Shown here: positions 27,637-37,178 of the stretch, piece after piece | Position numbering within the stretch: the first letter of the stretch is position 1 | How the letters are laid out: each line of letters begins with the position of its first letter | Origin: Candidatus Babelota bacterium | Lineage (GTDB): Bacteria; Babelota; Babeliae; Babelales; JABDEC01 | Assembly: GCA_013286795.1 (NCBI GenBank) | Contig: JABDFA010000001.1 | Coordinates: 38,195-102,194 of the forward strand | DNA length: 64,000 bases | Direction: 5' to 3' | Program-made: the position numbers and the translations under genes | The notes under the pieces: model-generated | What the model was told of the DNA's origin: nothing | The model's input: only the letters and a program-made list of their open reading frames with translations | The model's database searches: none

Positions 27637-28634
27637 TTTTTATTCTCTTGATTTTTTATGTACCAATCAATAGTTTTCTTTAATCCTTCATCTAAGTTAA
27701 TTTGTGCTTTCCAGCCAAGATTGTTTATTTTGGAAACATCTAATAGCTTTCTTTTCATACCATCAGGTTTGGTTGTATCAAAAATAATTTCTCCTTTAAA
27801 ACCTACAAGATTTTTGATTTTATATGCTAAATCTTTAATAGAAATGTCTTCCCCTCTGCCTACATTAATAATTTCATTGTCCTGATAGTTTTGCATTAAA
27901 AATAAACATGCATCGGCTAGATCCTCAGCACCTAAGAATTCTCTGTATGCGCTTCCAGTTCCCCATACCGTAACAGACTCAAGATTATTGTTTTTTGCAT
28001 TTACAAACTTATTTATTAAAGCAGAAAGCACATGACAATTATTTATATCAAAGTTATCGCCAGGTCCATATATATTAGTTGGCATACAGGCTATAAATTT
28101 TGTACCATGTTGTTTATTGTAAGCTTCACATAATTTTAATCCTGCAATTTTTGCTATTGAGTAAAATTCATTAGTTGGTTCTAAAGGCCCGCTTAATAAA
28201 TAACTTTCTTTAATTGGCTCAGTATAATTTTTAGGATAAATACATGATGAACCTAAAAATAATAGTTTTTTTACTTTGTGTTTATATGCAGCATGTATAA
28301 TATTTGTGGATATCATTAAATTGTCATAAATGAAATCTGCAGGTTTTTCTATATTTGCTTTTATTCCGCCAACTTTTGCAGCAGCTAAAAAAACATATTC
28401 TGGTTTTTCTGATTCAAAAAATCTTTCGACCATTTCTTGATTTCTTAAGTCTAGTTGGTTCGATGTGTAGGTTATAATGTTTTTAAATCCATTATCTAAT
28501 AATTTTTTTACTATTGTAGATCCTACTAAGCCTGTATGTCCGGCAACATATATCTTGGAGTTTTTGTTAAATTCGTTAGAAAATATAATATTGGTTCTTA
28601 AGATAAAAATAATTAACCATGATATTTTGTTCAT
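27633..28634 (-). CDS. GDP-L-fucose synthase family epimerase/reductase (Fcl or ColC-like) with an N-terminal hydrophobic extension
   Basis: It is collinear with the remembered E. coli Fcl sequence: 'IYVAGHTGLVGS', 'VFLAAAKVGGI.AN...PADFIYDNLMISTNIIHAA', 'LLFLGSSCIYPK', 'LEPTNEFYSIAKIAGLKLCEAYN', 'MPTNIYGP.DNF'. About 25 extra N-terminal residues are present (MNKISWLIIFILRTNIIFS). Confidence 0.85.
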   Translation of the reverse strand: MNKISWLIIFILRTNIIFSNEFNKNSKIYVAGHTGLVGSTIVKKLLDNGFKNIITYTSNQLDLRNQEMVERFFESEKPEYVFLAAAKVGGIKANIEKPADFIYDNLMISTNIIHAAYKHKVKKLLFLGSSCIYPKNYTEPIKESYLLSGPLEPTNEFYSIAKIAGLKLCEAYNKQHGTKFIACMPTNIYGPGDNFDINNCHVLSALINKFVNAKNNNLESVTVWGTGSAYREFLGAEDLADACLFLMQNYQDNEIINVGRGEDISIKDLAYKIKNLVGFKGEIIFDTTKPDGMKRKLLDVSKINNLGWKAQINLDEGLKKTIDWYIKNQENKK

Positions 28635-29872
28635 TATTTCCTTTCAAAATAATTATCTATTGTTTGTATTATAAGATCCAGATCTTGTATAGTTAAATCT
28701 TGATGACAACCTACATAAAATCCATTATCATTTATCCATTTTGCAACAGGATAATCCTCTTCTTTGATATTAAACATTTTCTTGTAAATTGGTTGGTTAA
28801 TTAGTGGAAGCATATTGCGTGTTTCTATACCATTATCTTCAAGATAATGAACCAAATTTTTTTTTGGTTCATTAAATAAAACTATAGGAAACATCATAAA
28901 AGCATGTGTACATTCTGGCCTTATTTTTGGTAATTGAAATTGTGCTTGCCATTTTTTAAGACCATTTGTTAAGTATTGGGCATTAAATTGTCTTTTGTTT
29001 ATCATTGGTTGCCAATCTTCCAGTTGGGCCAAACCTAGGGCTCCTTCCATTTCTGTTATTCTAAAGCTGTGACCTATACTAATAAAAGAAAATCTTTTTT
29101 CTATTATTTCTTTGAATTCAACTCCTCTTTTTTTATTATCATCCATTCCTATATATATGGAGTCTCTTCCATGATTTAAAAGAGATCGCATGGCTATTGC
29201 ATACTCTTTATTGTTGGTTATAGATAATCCTCCTACTCCTGTGGTTAAAAGATGTGCCACATATGTTGAAAAGCAGCCAATATCTCCTAAAGTTCCTACA
29301 GGTCTATTTTTGTAGGTAACAAACATTGTTTCACATGAATCTTCAATAATTTTTAGATTATATTTATTTGATATTTCTATTATCGGATCCATATCACAAG
29401 ATAATCCAAATAGATGGACTGGAATGATTGCACGAGTTCTAGAATTTATTTTTTGCTCGATTAACTCAGGATCTATCCCATAATATTCCTTTTCAACATC
29501 TACAAATACAGGTTTCATTCTACAATGTATTACTATATTTGATGTTGCAACAAATGTTATGGCTGGTACTAACACTTCATCATCGTCTTGCCAATTGTGA
29601 ATCTCTTTCATAGCTTGTAAAGCAATTTGTAGTGAGCTTGTTCCACTGTTACTAGTTAAACCGAACTGCGCTCCATGTATTGCTGCAAAATCTCTTTCAA
29701 ATTTTTGTAAAAATGGTCCATAGGATAATCTATTAGAATCTAGAACTTGATTTACATATTCTTTAGCTTTTTTACTTATTTTTAAAGTGCCAACAGAGAC
29801 TTTTATTTCTTCAGCTGAAATAAAGGTTGGTAAACACATACTGATAATTATATACGTTATAATTTTGTACAC
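28634..29872 (-). CDS. DegT/ColD-family PLP/PMP enzyme with His in place of the Schiff-base Lys (probable sugar 3-dehydratase), with a signal peptide
   Basis: It has DegT-family blocks ('VLDSNRLSYGPF..FE.DFA', 'NSGTSSLQIAL', 'IIEDSCETM'). The motif 'CFSTYVAHLLTTGVGG' aligns with the aminotransferase motif 'FSF..NKIITTGEGG', but His207 (codon 29252-29254) occupies the Lys position, as in ColD. The leader is MYKIITYIIISMCLPTFISA. Confidence 0.65.
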   Translation of the reverse strand: MYKIITYIIISMCLPTFISAEEIKVSVGTLKISKKAKEYVNQVLDSNRLSYGPFLQKFERDFAAIHGAQFGLTSNSGTSSLQIALQAMKEIHNWQDDDEVLVPAITFVATSNIVIHCRMKPVFVDVEKEYYGIDPELIEQKINSRTRAIIPVHLFGLSCDMDPIIEISNKYNLKIIEDSCETMFVTYKNRPVGTLGDIGCFSTYVAHLLTTGVGGLSITNNKEYAIAMRSLLNHGRDSIYIGMDDNKKRGVEFKEIIEKRFSFISIGHSFRITEMEGALGLAQLEDWQPMINKRQFNAQYLTNGLKKWQAQFQLPKIRPECTHAFMMFPIVLFNEPKKNLVHYLEDNGIETRNMLPLINQPIYKKMFNIKEEDYPVAKWINDNGFYVGCHQDLTIQDLDLIIQTIDNYFERK

Positions 29873-30020
29873 ACTTCTACCTTTTTATTAAAAATAAAAC
29901 TTTGAGTTTAATAATACATTATCTATAAAAAATCAATTTTCAATAAATTTGATATTGATAGTTTAAAAAATCTTTTGTAATTTGATTTTGATTATAATTT
30001 TTAAAAGGATTGAATGAATA

Positions 30021-30842
30021 ATGAATCGTAAAATAATATTAATGGGTTTTTTGATTATCTTTGAAATAGTATCCCAAAATAGACCGGTAATTTTAACCTC
30101 ATGTAATTCGCCTTTATTGGGAAACAGATTATTTAATTATTGTTTTGCTAAAATAATTGCTGAAAAATTTAATTGTGATCTAGTAGCAGAACCTATATTG
30201 GGCTTTAATATTGATTGTCCTAAAAAACCTTTTAACTCTTCTTTTTCAGTGCAATATATACAAGATCAAGATGCAAAGCCATACCTTAACATCCCATTTA
30301 AAAATATTTTAAATAATCAATATCCTATGAATTTTCAGATTCATGGCTATTTTCAAAGATATGAATATTTACAGCCTTATAAAGATCTTATAAAAAATAG
30401 TTGGTTAAAATTAAACGAACCAATTGAGCTACATGATAATAAAGATGATGTAGTTGTTCATGTACGTTTAAGAGATGGTATGTTTGAATTGCCTTTTGAG
30501 TATTATAAAAAATCTCTAAGTTTAATAAAATATAATAAATTATTTATTTGCACTGATAATCCAGATCATGAATTCATTAAAAATTTTGATCCATATAATC
30601 CTATTATAATTAGACACAAAGATATATTTGATCCAAATGCTACTCTTGGTGATTTCAGATTTATTATGTCATTTAATAAAATTATTTGTTCACAAAGTAC
30701 TTTTTGTTGGTGGGCTGCATTTTTATCTAATGCCACAGAAATTTATGCACCTAGACCCAATAAAGGTTTGATGAGTTGGCCTCAAATTCAACTTGAAGTC
30801 ACAGATGAATCTAGATATATATATGTAGAGTGTAATTGGTAA
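30021..30842 (+). CDS. GT11-like alpha-1,2-fucosyl/colitosyl-transferase with leader
   Basis: 'VVVHVRLRDG' is a variant of HxRRGDY, 'LFICTDNPD' is FSDD-like, and 'SQSTFCWWAAFLS' is GT11 motif IV. The leader is MNRKIILMGFLIIFEIVS. Confidence 0.7.
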   Translation: MNRKIILMGFLIIFEIVSQNRPVILTSCNSPLLGNRLFNYCFAKIIAEKFNCDLVAEPILGFNIDCPKKPFNSSFSVQYIQDQDAKPYLNIPFKNILNNQYPMNFQIHGYFQRYEYLQPYKDLIKNSWLKLNEPIELHDNKDDVVVHVRLRDGMFELPFEYYKKSLSLIKYNKLFICTDNPDHEFIKNFDPYNPIIIRHKDIFDPNATLGDFRFIMSFNKIICSQSTFCWWAAFLSNATEIYAPRPNKGLMSWPQIQLEVTDESRYIYVECNW

Positions 30843-30856
30843 TAGATTATATTTTT

Positions 30857-31711
30857 ATGAATATTAAGAAAGTCTTTTTCACGATTATATTTTTATTTTA
30901 TCTCAATACAAAATCTAAAAATTATCCAGACTTTAATTCTGCTCATGTATTTTTTAGAAATTCTTCACAAAACTTAGATTTATTTAGAGATATTTATAGA
31001 AAAAATAATCTAAATGTATTAAAGCCTAAGACTCAAGCAATTATACCATTAAAAATTCATCAAATTTGGATAGGGCCAAAGCCATTGCCAGAAAAATTTA
31101 AATGGATGATAAAAAGTTGGCAAGAAAAGCACCCAAATTGGGAATATAAATTATGGACCAATGAAGATTTAAAATATTTTAAATTAATTAATCAAGAAGC
31201 TTTTGATAAAGCACAAAATTGGGGGGCCAAATCTGATATATTTAGACTTGAAATATTAAAGAAGTTTGGTGGAGTATATGTTGATATTGATTTTGAGTGT
31301 TTAAAATCGCTAGATATTTTGCATCATACCTATAAGTTTTATTGTGGAGTTATAATTGGTGACGATGTTCTTGCAAATGGAATTATGGGTTGCATATCAG
31401 AGCACCCAATTATAAATGAGTATATTAGTCGAATAAAAATTTCTTCAAATTTCAGTGCATTAAATTGGCATGATGGTACAGATATTTTGAAAACAACTGG
31501 TCCATATATGTTTACCGATGTTTTTTTAAAATATATAAATATTGAGTCAAATCAAGAAAGAATTATAGCTTTACCTTCATCTTATTTTTTTCCTTTTCCT
31601 GCAACGTCAAGAGAAGAATTTTGGTTAAATAAAGTTACAAGAAATGAAGTAGAGAAATATTTTAAAGATGAATCTTTTGGTGTTCATTATTGGGCAACTA
31701 GTTGGCAATAA
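30857..31711 (+). CDS. GT32-family (DXD sugar-binding) glycosyltransferase with leader
   Basis: 'IPLKIHQIWIGPKPLP', 'SDIFRLEILKKFGGVYVDIDFECL' are present. The first ATG, at 30857, is preferred over the listed TTG at 30836, which overlaps the upstream stop. Confidence 0.75.
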   Translation: MNIKKVFFTIIFLFYLNTKSKNYPDFNSAHVFFRNSSQNLDLFRDIYRKNNLNVLKPKTQAIIPLKIHQIWIGPKPLPEKFKWMIKSWQEKHPNWEYKLWTNEDLKYFKLINQEAFDKAQNWGAKSDIFRLEILKKFGGVYVDIDFECLKSLDILHHTYKFYCGVIIGDDVLANGIMGCISEHPIINEYISRIKISSNFSALNWHDGTDILKTTGPYMFTDVFLKYINIESNQERIIALPSSYFFPFPATSREEFWLNKVTRNEVEKYFKDESFGVHYWATSWQ

Positions 31712-31736
31712 GTTTATAAATTAATAGAGAGTTAAT

Positions 31737-32447
31737 ATGAAAAAGAATATAATGTTTTTTTTATTAAATATGATTTTAATTGTACAAGCTAACATTCCAT
31801 TATTTAATAAAATGGATCCTTTTAGTACACATCAACCTATATTATATAGCTTAGCTTTGCAGACAGAGGGGCCCATAATCGAATTTGGATGCGGTTATGG
31901 CAGTACTGATTTATTACATGATATCTGTAAAAAAAAGAATCGACTTCTTATTTCTTTAGATGACAATTTAGAATGGATAGATATTTTCCGTAAAAAATAT
32001 TTAAATGATGGATATAATTCAGACAATTCTGGTTGGCATCAATTTTATTTTGTACCAGGAAAAAAGCATTCTGGTGATGATGATCCTGGACATTGGTTAA
32101 AATTTCTTCAAGAGTTTACTTTATTAAAAATAATTACTTTTGAGATATGTTTTGTTGATCAACATCCTTGGCTTGGTAGATATGAAACCGTAAAATATTT
32201 AAAAGATAAAGCTAAATACATTGTTCTTCATGATTGTGATTATTTTCCTCTTTATAAAATTTTTGGAAAAGAAATTTTAGCGACTGATAGAAAAAATCAG
32301 ATACCCGGAATTTATGATTTTAGTGATAGTTTTAAATATTTTAAAGTATTTTTTCCTATTAATCCTTGGCCTGGTGAAACAGGGCCACCTACTTTAGTTG
32401 GTAGTAATTTTGATTATAAGCTAATTAATCTTTTAAAAATGCAGTAG
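31737..32447 (+). CDS. Hypothetical leader-bearing protein with a Rossmann/MTase-like GxGxG
   Basis: 'IIEFGCGYGSTDLL' and 'VLHDCDYF' are present. The assignment is weak. Confidence 0.4.
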   Translation: MKKNIMFFLLNMILIVQANIPLFNKMDPFSTHQPILYSLALQTEGPIIEFGCGYGSTDLLHDICKKKNRLLISLDDNLEWIDIFRKKYLNDGYNSDNSGWHQFYFVPGKKHSGDDDPGHWLKFLQEFTLLKIITFEICFVDQHPWLGRYETVKYLKDKAKYIVLHDCDYFPLYKIFGKEILATDRKNQIPGIYDFSDSFKYFKVFFPINPWPGETGPPTLVGSNFDYKLINLLKMQ

Positions 32448-32452
32448 ATTTT

Positions 32453-33442
32453 ATGATGAAAAAATTTATCTATAGTTTAATATGCACTCAATTTTTAATA
32501 TTTAACTATTTATTTAGTGATAACAGTAATTTTGATATTTTGTGGCTGGATATGCAAATAAAATATCTAAATTTAGATAATAAATTTTCTAATCAAGATT
32601 TAAAAAAATCAGAAAATAAATTTTTTACTAATTATTGGCTGTCGTTAAAAGATCCCATTAGGAATTTGATAATAGGTAATTCAAATAAGAATTTTTTAGG
32701 TACTCCTGGATTATCGAATGCTATGGTAAGGGGTCTTCACGGAGAATTTGGCCTAGAGCAAAGATTTGAAGAGTGTTATTTGACTAATTGCTTGAGTTCT
32801 AACACTCAATTGAAAATTAAAAAAATTCAAGATTGTGATTTGCTTCCAAGAACCTCCAAATTGTTTAACTGTTCTACCAGCACTTTGGGGCATCTATTTT
32901 ATGCTGCTAAAATTATAGAAAATTTTGATAATGAGCCTAAAGTTATAGTTGAATTGGGTGGTGGTTATGGTAATTTGACAAGATTATTAAAGCAAATTTT
33001 TGATGACACAACAATTGTGATGTTCGATTTTCCTGAAGTATTAGCTATTCAGTATTTATTTTTGAAGTATACTTTGCCCGGCGTTAAAATTATTTGCCAT
33101 GAAAATCCTATAAATGGATCATTGGAAAAAGGGATACACTTAGTTCCAGTATTTGTAATGGATAAGTGTAAAATAGATTCAGATATATTTGTTTCAACTT
33201 TTGCATTAACAGAAACTCCTGAATATGTACAAAATGTTGTTATAGAAAATAAATTTTTTAATTCAAAGTTGAGTTATGTTACTGGACAAATAAATGGATG
33301 GCAGGGCATAGGTCATTTATTTGTTGACCATAAAAACGTTATGGATGGATTAAGATCTGTTTATAAAAAAGTTAAATGTGAGTTATTCCATATATTTTCA
33401 GAAAATCAGTTTTCATTTGAGACTATAGCTATTAAAGGATAA
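32453..33442 (+). CDS. Putative sugar methyltransferase (class I-like), paralog of 35114-36052
   Basis: 'VIVELGGGYGNLTRLLKQIF..IVMFDFPEV.AIQYLFL' and 'FVSTFALTETPEYVQ' are shared almost verbatim with the 35114 ORF. The leader is MMKKFIYSLICTQFLIFNYLFS. Confidence 0.5.
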   Translation: MMKKFIYSLICTQFLIFNYLFSDNSNFDILWLDMQIKYLNLDNKFSNQDLKKSENKFFTNYWLSLKDPIRNLIIGNSNKNFLGTPGLSNAMVRGLHGEFGLEQRFEECYLTNCLSSNTQLKIKKIQDCDLLPRTSKLFNCSTSTLGHLFYAAKIIENFDNEPKVIVELGGGYGNLTRLLKQIFDDTTIVMFDFPEVLAIQYLFLKYTLPGVKIICHENPINGSLEKGIHLVPVFVMDKCKIDSDIFVSTFALTETPEYVQNVVIENKFFNSKLSYVTGQINGWQGIGHLFVDHKNVMDGLRSVYKKVKCELFHIFSENQFSFETIAIKG

Positions 33443-33443
33443 T

Positions 33444-35114
33444 ATGAGAAGAATTTTAAGTTTTATTATTTTAACAACATGTTCTTTGCTTTCTGCAAAT
33501 CAATATTTTTGTACTGCTGCCAAAGATGAACATTTTAATAATTTGTTAAATAGTATTGGTAGTTTACATAAAACTAATTTTGAACATTTAAAAGAAATAG
33601 TTGTTTTTGACCTGGGACTAAAAGAGGATCAACTTGAACTTTTAAACAAAACGGAAAAAATTAAAGTTTATAAAACTAATATAACTACCTTGGATGAAGC
33701 GCGACCATTTGTATTTAAACAAGCATTAGAAATGTTTCCATATGTTTTATGGATAGATCCAGGGTTCATTTCTTTAAATGAAATGAATGATCTGTTTAAT
33801 TATATAAAGCAAAAAAAAACTTTTTTATGTATGCTGCCAAAATCTAAGTCTTTTAAGAATTTGACTGATGATGTTTATATAATAGATAAGTTTAATCTTA
33901 GGTCTCCAGGTAATAAATGGATATTATCTCAAAACCCTGTAGTTACAAGTATAGTAGGATTAGATAAATCTATGTTAGCAGAGATATCTGTTCCATATTA
34001 TGATATTTCTAATGAATTAAAATCCTACAATCAATCTATATTAAGTGTATTAGCATATACTAAATGTTTAAAAATTTTAAGAACTAATTTTGATAAAGAT
34101 GAACCTGTATATTTAGATATTGATTCAAAAACAGTACCTTTTTATTTTACTTTTGATAAATATAATAGTTCTGATTATAAACAATTTATAGTTTATAAAA
34201 CTGCGCAATTTGGTTGTCAGGCAAAAGAACTTAAGTTTATGTATCCTAAAAGTAACGACTGGTCGTTGAGTTTAGAGTTTATTAAATATTTAAAAGAAAT
34301 TTTTAATTTCGATGTTTTTATTGAGACAGGAACTTATAATGGAAGTACCTGTTCAAAAGCTGCTATTATATTAGATGAGATATACTCAATAGAGCTTGAT
34401 CCCAATTTTTATAAAAATTGTTTGGATAAATTTAAAGATCAACCAAAAATCCATTTGCACCTGGGCGATTCAAAAGATGTTTTAAAAACTATTTTACCTT
34501 CAATAAATAAAAAAATTTTATTTTATTTAGATGCTCATTGGTCCGGAGATACCATAAAGGGTGAAGAAAATACTCCAATACTAGGAGAGTTAAAAGCTAT
34601 AAAAGAGACTGGTATCAAAAACTCAGTAATTTTAGTAGATGATATCAGGCATTTTCAGAATAAATACTTGTCTGAAATTCATTTAGCAAATGGTAAAAAT
34701 TCTGGTGATGCGAATTATCCAACTTTGGATGAATTAAAGCAGGCTATTTTAAGTATTAATTCTGATTATAAATTTTTTATTTATGGAGATATGGCTATAG
34801 CTTATCTAAAAACTGAAAATGTTATACCATCTAAGATTATTCAAGCTATGAGTGTGATGAGATTATATGAGGATTATGAAAATGATTTTATCAAATTAAT
34901 TGATGCTGAAAATACAATATCGCAAGCTCAAGGATCAGAAAAAGACGGGATCGTTGGACTTATGGTTATTCCTGGGCCAGAATTATTTACAACTCATTAC
35001 AGATATTGGTATGGGCTTACTTTGATGAATGACAATAAACTTGATCAGGCCAAAGAACAATTTTCTAAATTAAAAAGTTTAGGCTTTAACAAAATAAAAA
35101 TGAAAAATATTTAA
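33444..35114 (+). CDS. Fusion protein: a degenerate 'YFCTA' GT-A-like module plus a methyltransferase-like module
   Basis: The N-terminus 'QYFCTAAKDEHF..IGSLHKTNFEHLKEIVVFDLG' resembles the YFCTA family but lacks the GWYAWKP and DDGTTPxGFG..RHDQ blocks. The C-terminus carries 'FIETGTYNGST..IELDP..LDAHW..ILVDDIRHF'. Confidence 0.55.
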   Translation: MRRILSFIILTTCSLLSANQYFCTAAKDEHFNNLLNSIGSLHKTNFEHLKEIVVFDLGLKEDQLELLNKTEKIKVYKTNITTLDEARPFVFKQALEMFPYVLWIDPGFISLNEMNDLFNYIKQKKTFLCMLPKSKSFKNLTDDVYIIDKFNLRSPGNKWILSQNPVVTSIVGLDKSMLAEISVPYYDISNELKSYNQSILSVLAYTKCLKILRTNFDKDEPVYLDIDSKTVPFYFTFDKYNSSDYKQFIVYKTAQFGCQAKELKFMYPKSNDWSLSLEFIKYLKEIFNFDVFIETGTYNGSTCSKAAIILDEIYSIELDPNFYKNCLDKFKDQPKIHLHLGDSKDVLKTILPSINKKILFYLDAHWSGDTIKGEENTPILGELKAIKETGIKNSVILVDDIRHFQNKYLSEIHLANGKNSGDANYPTLDELKQAILSINSDYKFFIYGDMAIAYLKTENVIPSKIIQAMSVMRLYEDYENDFIKLIDAENTISQAQGSEKDGIVGLMVIPGPELFTTHYRYWYGLTLMNDNKLDQAKEQFSKLKSLGFNKIKMKNI

Positions 35115-36052
35115 TGAAGTTTTTTAAAATTTTAATATTTAATTTATTACTAAGTTTAATGGTCCATATTAGATCAGAATCGTTTAATAATATATGGTCT
35201 AGAATGCAATATAAATTTTCAATATTAGAACTATATTTGTCTAATCAGAATTTTGAGAAAAGTAAGTTTTTTACTTCATTTTGGTACATAAGACTTAATA
35301 ATTTACGGAGTTTATTGCAAGGACCTGTAGATTATGATTTTCGAGCACATCCAGATATACTGGAAACTATGGTGCGTGGACCGGAGGCCTATCTAAGTTA
35401 TGAAGAGGATTTTCTAACTAATTATTTGAGTGAATTTACTAAAAAAAAGATAATTGGGTTTAAAGATGATGATGTCCAAGTAGCTAAAGTAAGTAAAGTT
35501 TTCAATTACTCGGCAAATACTGTGGGTCACCTATATGACGCATGTAGAATTTTAGATCATTATCAAAAGGACCCTGAAGTTATAGTAGAACTAGGCGGTG
35601 GATATGGTAATTTAGCTAAAATATTTAAACAAATTTTACCTGAAGTTACTATAATCATTTTTGACGCTCCAGAAGTGAATGCTATTCAATATTTATTTTT
35701 ATCTAAAATGTTACCACGCACGAAGATTTTTTTTGACATTGAACCAATTAATGATTTTTCAACAATTGAGAAAGGGTCTATCTATTTAGTACCTATTTTT
35801 TTTCTAACAAAATGCAAAATTAAAGCTAATATTTTTGTTTCAACTTTTGCTATTACAGAAACTCCTAAATTTGTTCAAGAACAAGTTATAAAGAAGAGAT
35901 TTTTTAATTCTGACTTGTGTTACATAACAGGTGATGTTAGTGATGTAGGATTAATAAAAAATTCTTTGGAATCGTTTTATAAAACAATTAATTATCAGCG
36001 GTCCCATATAGTTTTAAAGCATGCAACGTTTTTTGAGCTAATGACTTACTAA
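35114..36052 (+). CDS. Putative sugar methyltransferase (class I-like), paralog of 32453-33442
   Basis: 'VIVELGGGYGNLAKIFKQIL..IIIFDAPEVNAIQYLFL' is present. The junction with the upstream gene is TAATG. Confidence 0.5.
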   Translation: MKFFKILIFNLLLSLMVHIRSESFNNIWSRMQYKFSILELYLSNQNFEKSKFFTSFWYIRLNNLRSLLQGPVDYDFRAHPDILETMVRGPEAYLSYEEDFLTNYLSEFTKKKIIGFKDDDVQVAKVSKVFNYSANTVGHLYDACRILDHYQKDPEVIVELGGGYGNLAKIFKQILPEVTIIIFDAPEVNAIQYLFLSKMLPRTKIFFDIEPINDFSTIEKGSIYLVPIFFLTKCKIKANIFVSTFAITETPKFVQEQVIKKRFFNSDLCYITGDVSDVGLIKNSLESFYKTINYQRSHIVLKHATFFELMTY

Positions 36053-36077
36053 ATAATAGGATAAGGAAAAAGAAAGT

Positions 36078-37178
36078 ATGAAAGTCTTTAGAAGCAAAAT
36101 AGTTTTTTATATTTTACTTTTATTTAACTACAGTTTTTGTATCAATTACATAACCAATGAAAGAGGGTGCCAAATTGGAGATTCAATTGCGAATTATTGT
36201 TTAGCTAAAGCTTTGTCTATTAAATATCCTGATAAATTAAAATTTCTTTATACACCATTTATCCATTCTGATTTATTTGTTTTTGATTTACATGAAAAAA
36301 GAATAGAACAGAATATGCAGTTTTGCCAAAATATGAGTGCCTATAGTAATGAAAATATTTTACAAAATTCAGATAAGAACAATACGCTTTTTATTGCAAA
36401 TATAGAAACCAAAGTTGATGGCGTTGATCAATTTTTATTAAATACTTTAAAAAAAGAGGTTCAACTTAAACAGATTCCCGAAATTAACTCTATACCCGAT
36501 AATATGATTACGGTTGCTATTCACATTCGAAAAGGTAATGGTGGGGGACAGGTTTATGATGGAGAACAATCATCATTACAAATTTATGATTATGATAGGG
36601 ACCAAGTATGTTATTTAGATGATTATGTAAATTACCCTTTTGATTGGGAGTCTTATAGAAGAAATAGTGGAAAAATTGAGCATATTTTTTTGGCTAATTA
36701 TAAAGATTATGTAACGGATGAGATTTTTGGATGGGCGCCTGCTGGCAAGTTTTTGGACCAAGTTAGTCATTGGCAGACCAAATTCCCTCCTGAACAATAT
36801 TATATTGATCAAATAATAAAATTATCCAAAGAATTAGATAATCAAAAGATATATATTCAGATATTTACAGATGATAAGGACCCTAAAGCTTTAATAGAAA
36901 GAATAAAATTGGCTGTTAATTTATCTAATATTAGTTTTTATTTTGTAAATAATAGAAATTTATCTTTTAGGGATCAGGTTGCTCAGGATTTATATAGTAT
37001 GTCTAGATTTGATATTTTGATTAGGTCGCAATCTTATTTTTCAAGAGTTGCGGAATTAATAGGTGATCATAAATTAGTGATCTATCCGTTAGAATATAAA
37101 TGGGAAAGTGATAAATTAATTATGAATAAAATAGTAATTAAAGGTAATATTTTAAATTTAAAAAGGAGAATTCAGTGA
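36078..37178 (+). CDS. Putative fucosyltransferase-fold protein (GT11-like motif order) with leader
   Basis: 'ITVAIHIRKGNGGG', 'IQIFTDDKDP' and 'ILIRSQSYFSRVAELIG' occur in the same order as GT11 motifs I, II and IV. This is a weak call. Confidence 0.35.
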   Translation: MKVFRSKIVFYILLLFNYSFCINYITNERGCQIGDSIANYCLAKALSIKYPDKLKFLYTPFIHSDLFVFDLHEKRIEQNMQFCQNMSAYSNENILQNSDKNNTLFIANIETKVDGVDQFLLNTLKKEVQLKQIPEINSIPDNMITVAIHIRKGNGGGQVYDGEQSSLQIYDYDRDQVCYLDDYVNYPFDWESYRRNSGKIEHIFLANYKDYVTDEIFGWAPAGKFLDQVSHWQTKFPPEQYYIDQIIKLSKELDNQKIYIQIFTDDKDPKALIERIKLAVNLSNISFYFVNNRNLSFRDQVAQDLYSMSRFDILIRSQSYFSRVAELIGDHKLVIYPLEYKWESDKLIMNKIVIKGNILNLKRRIQ

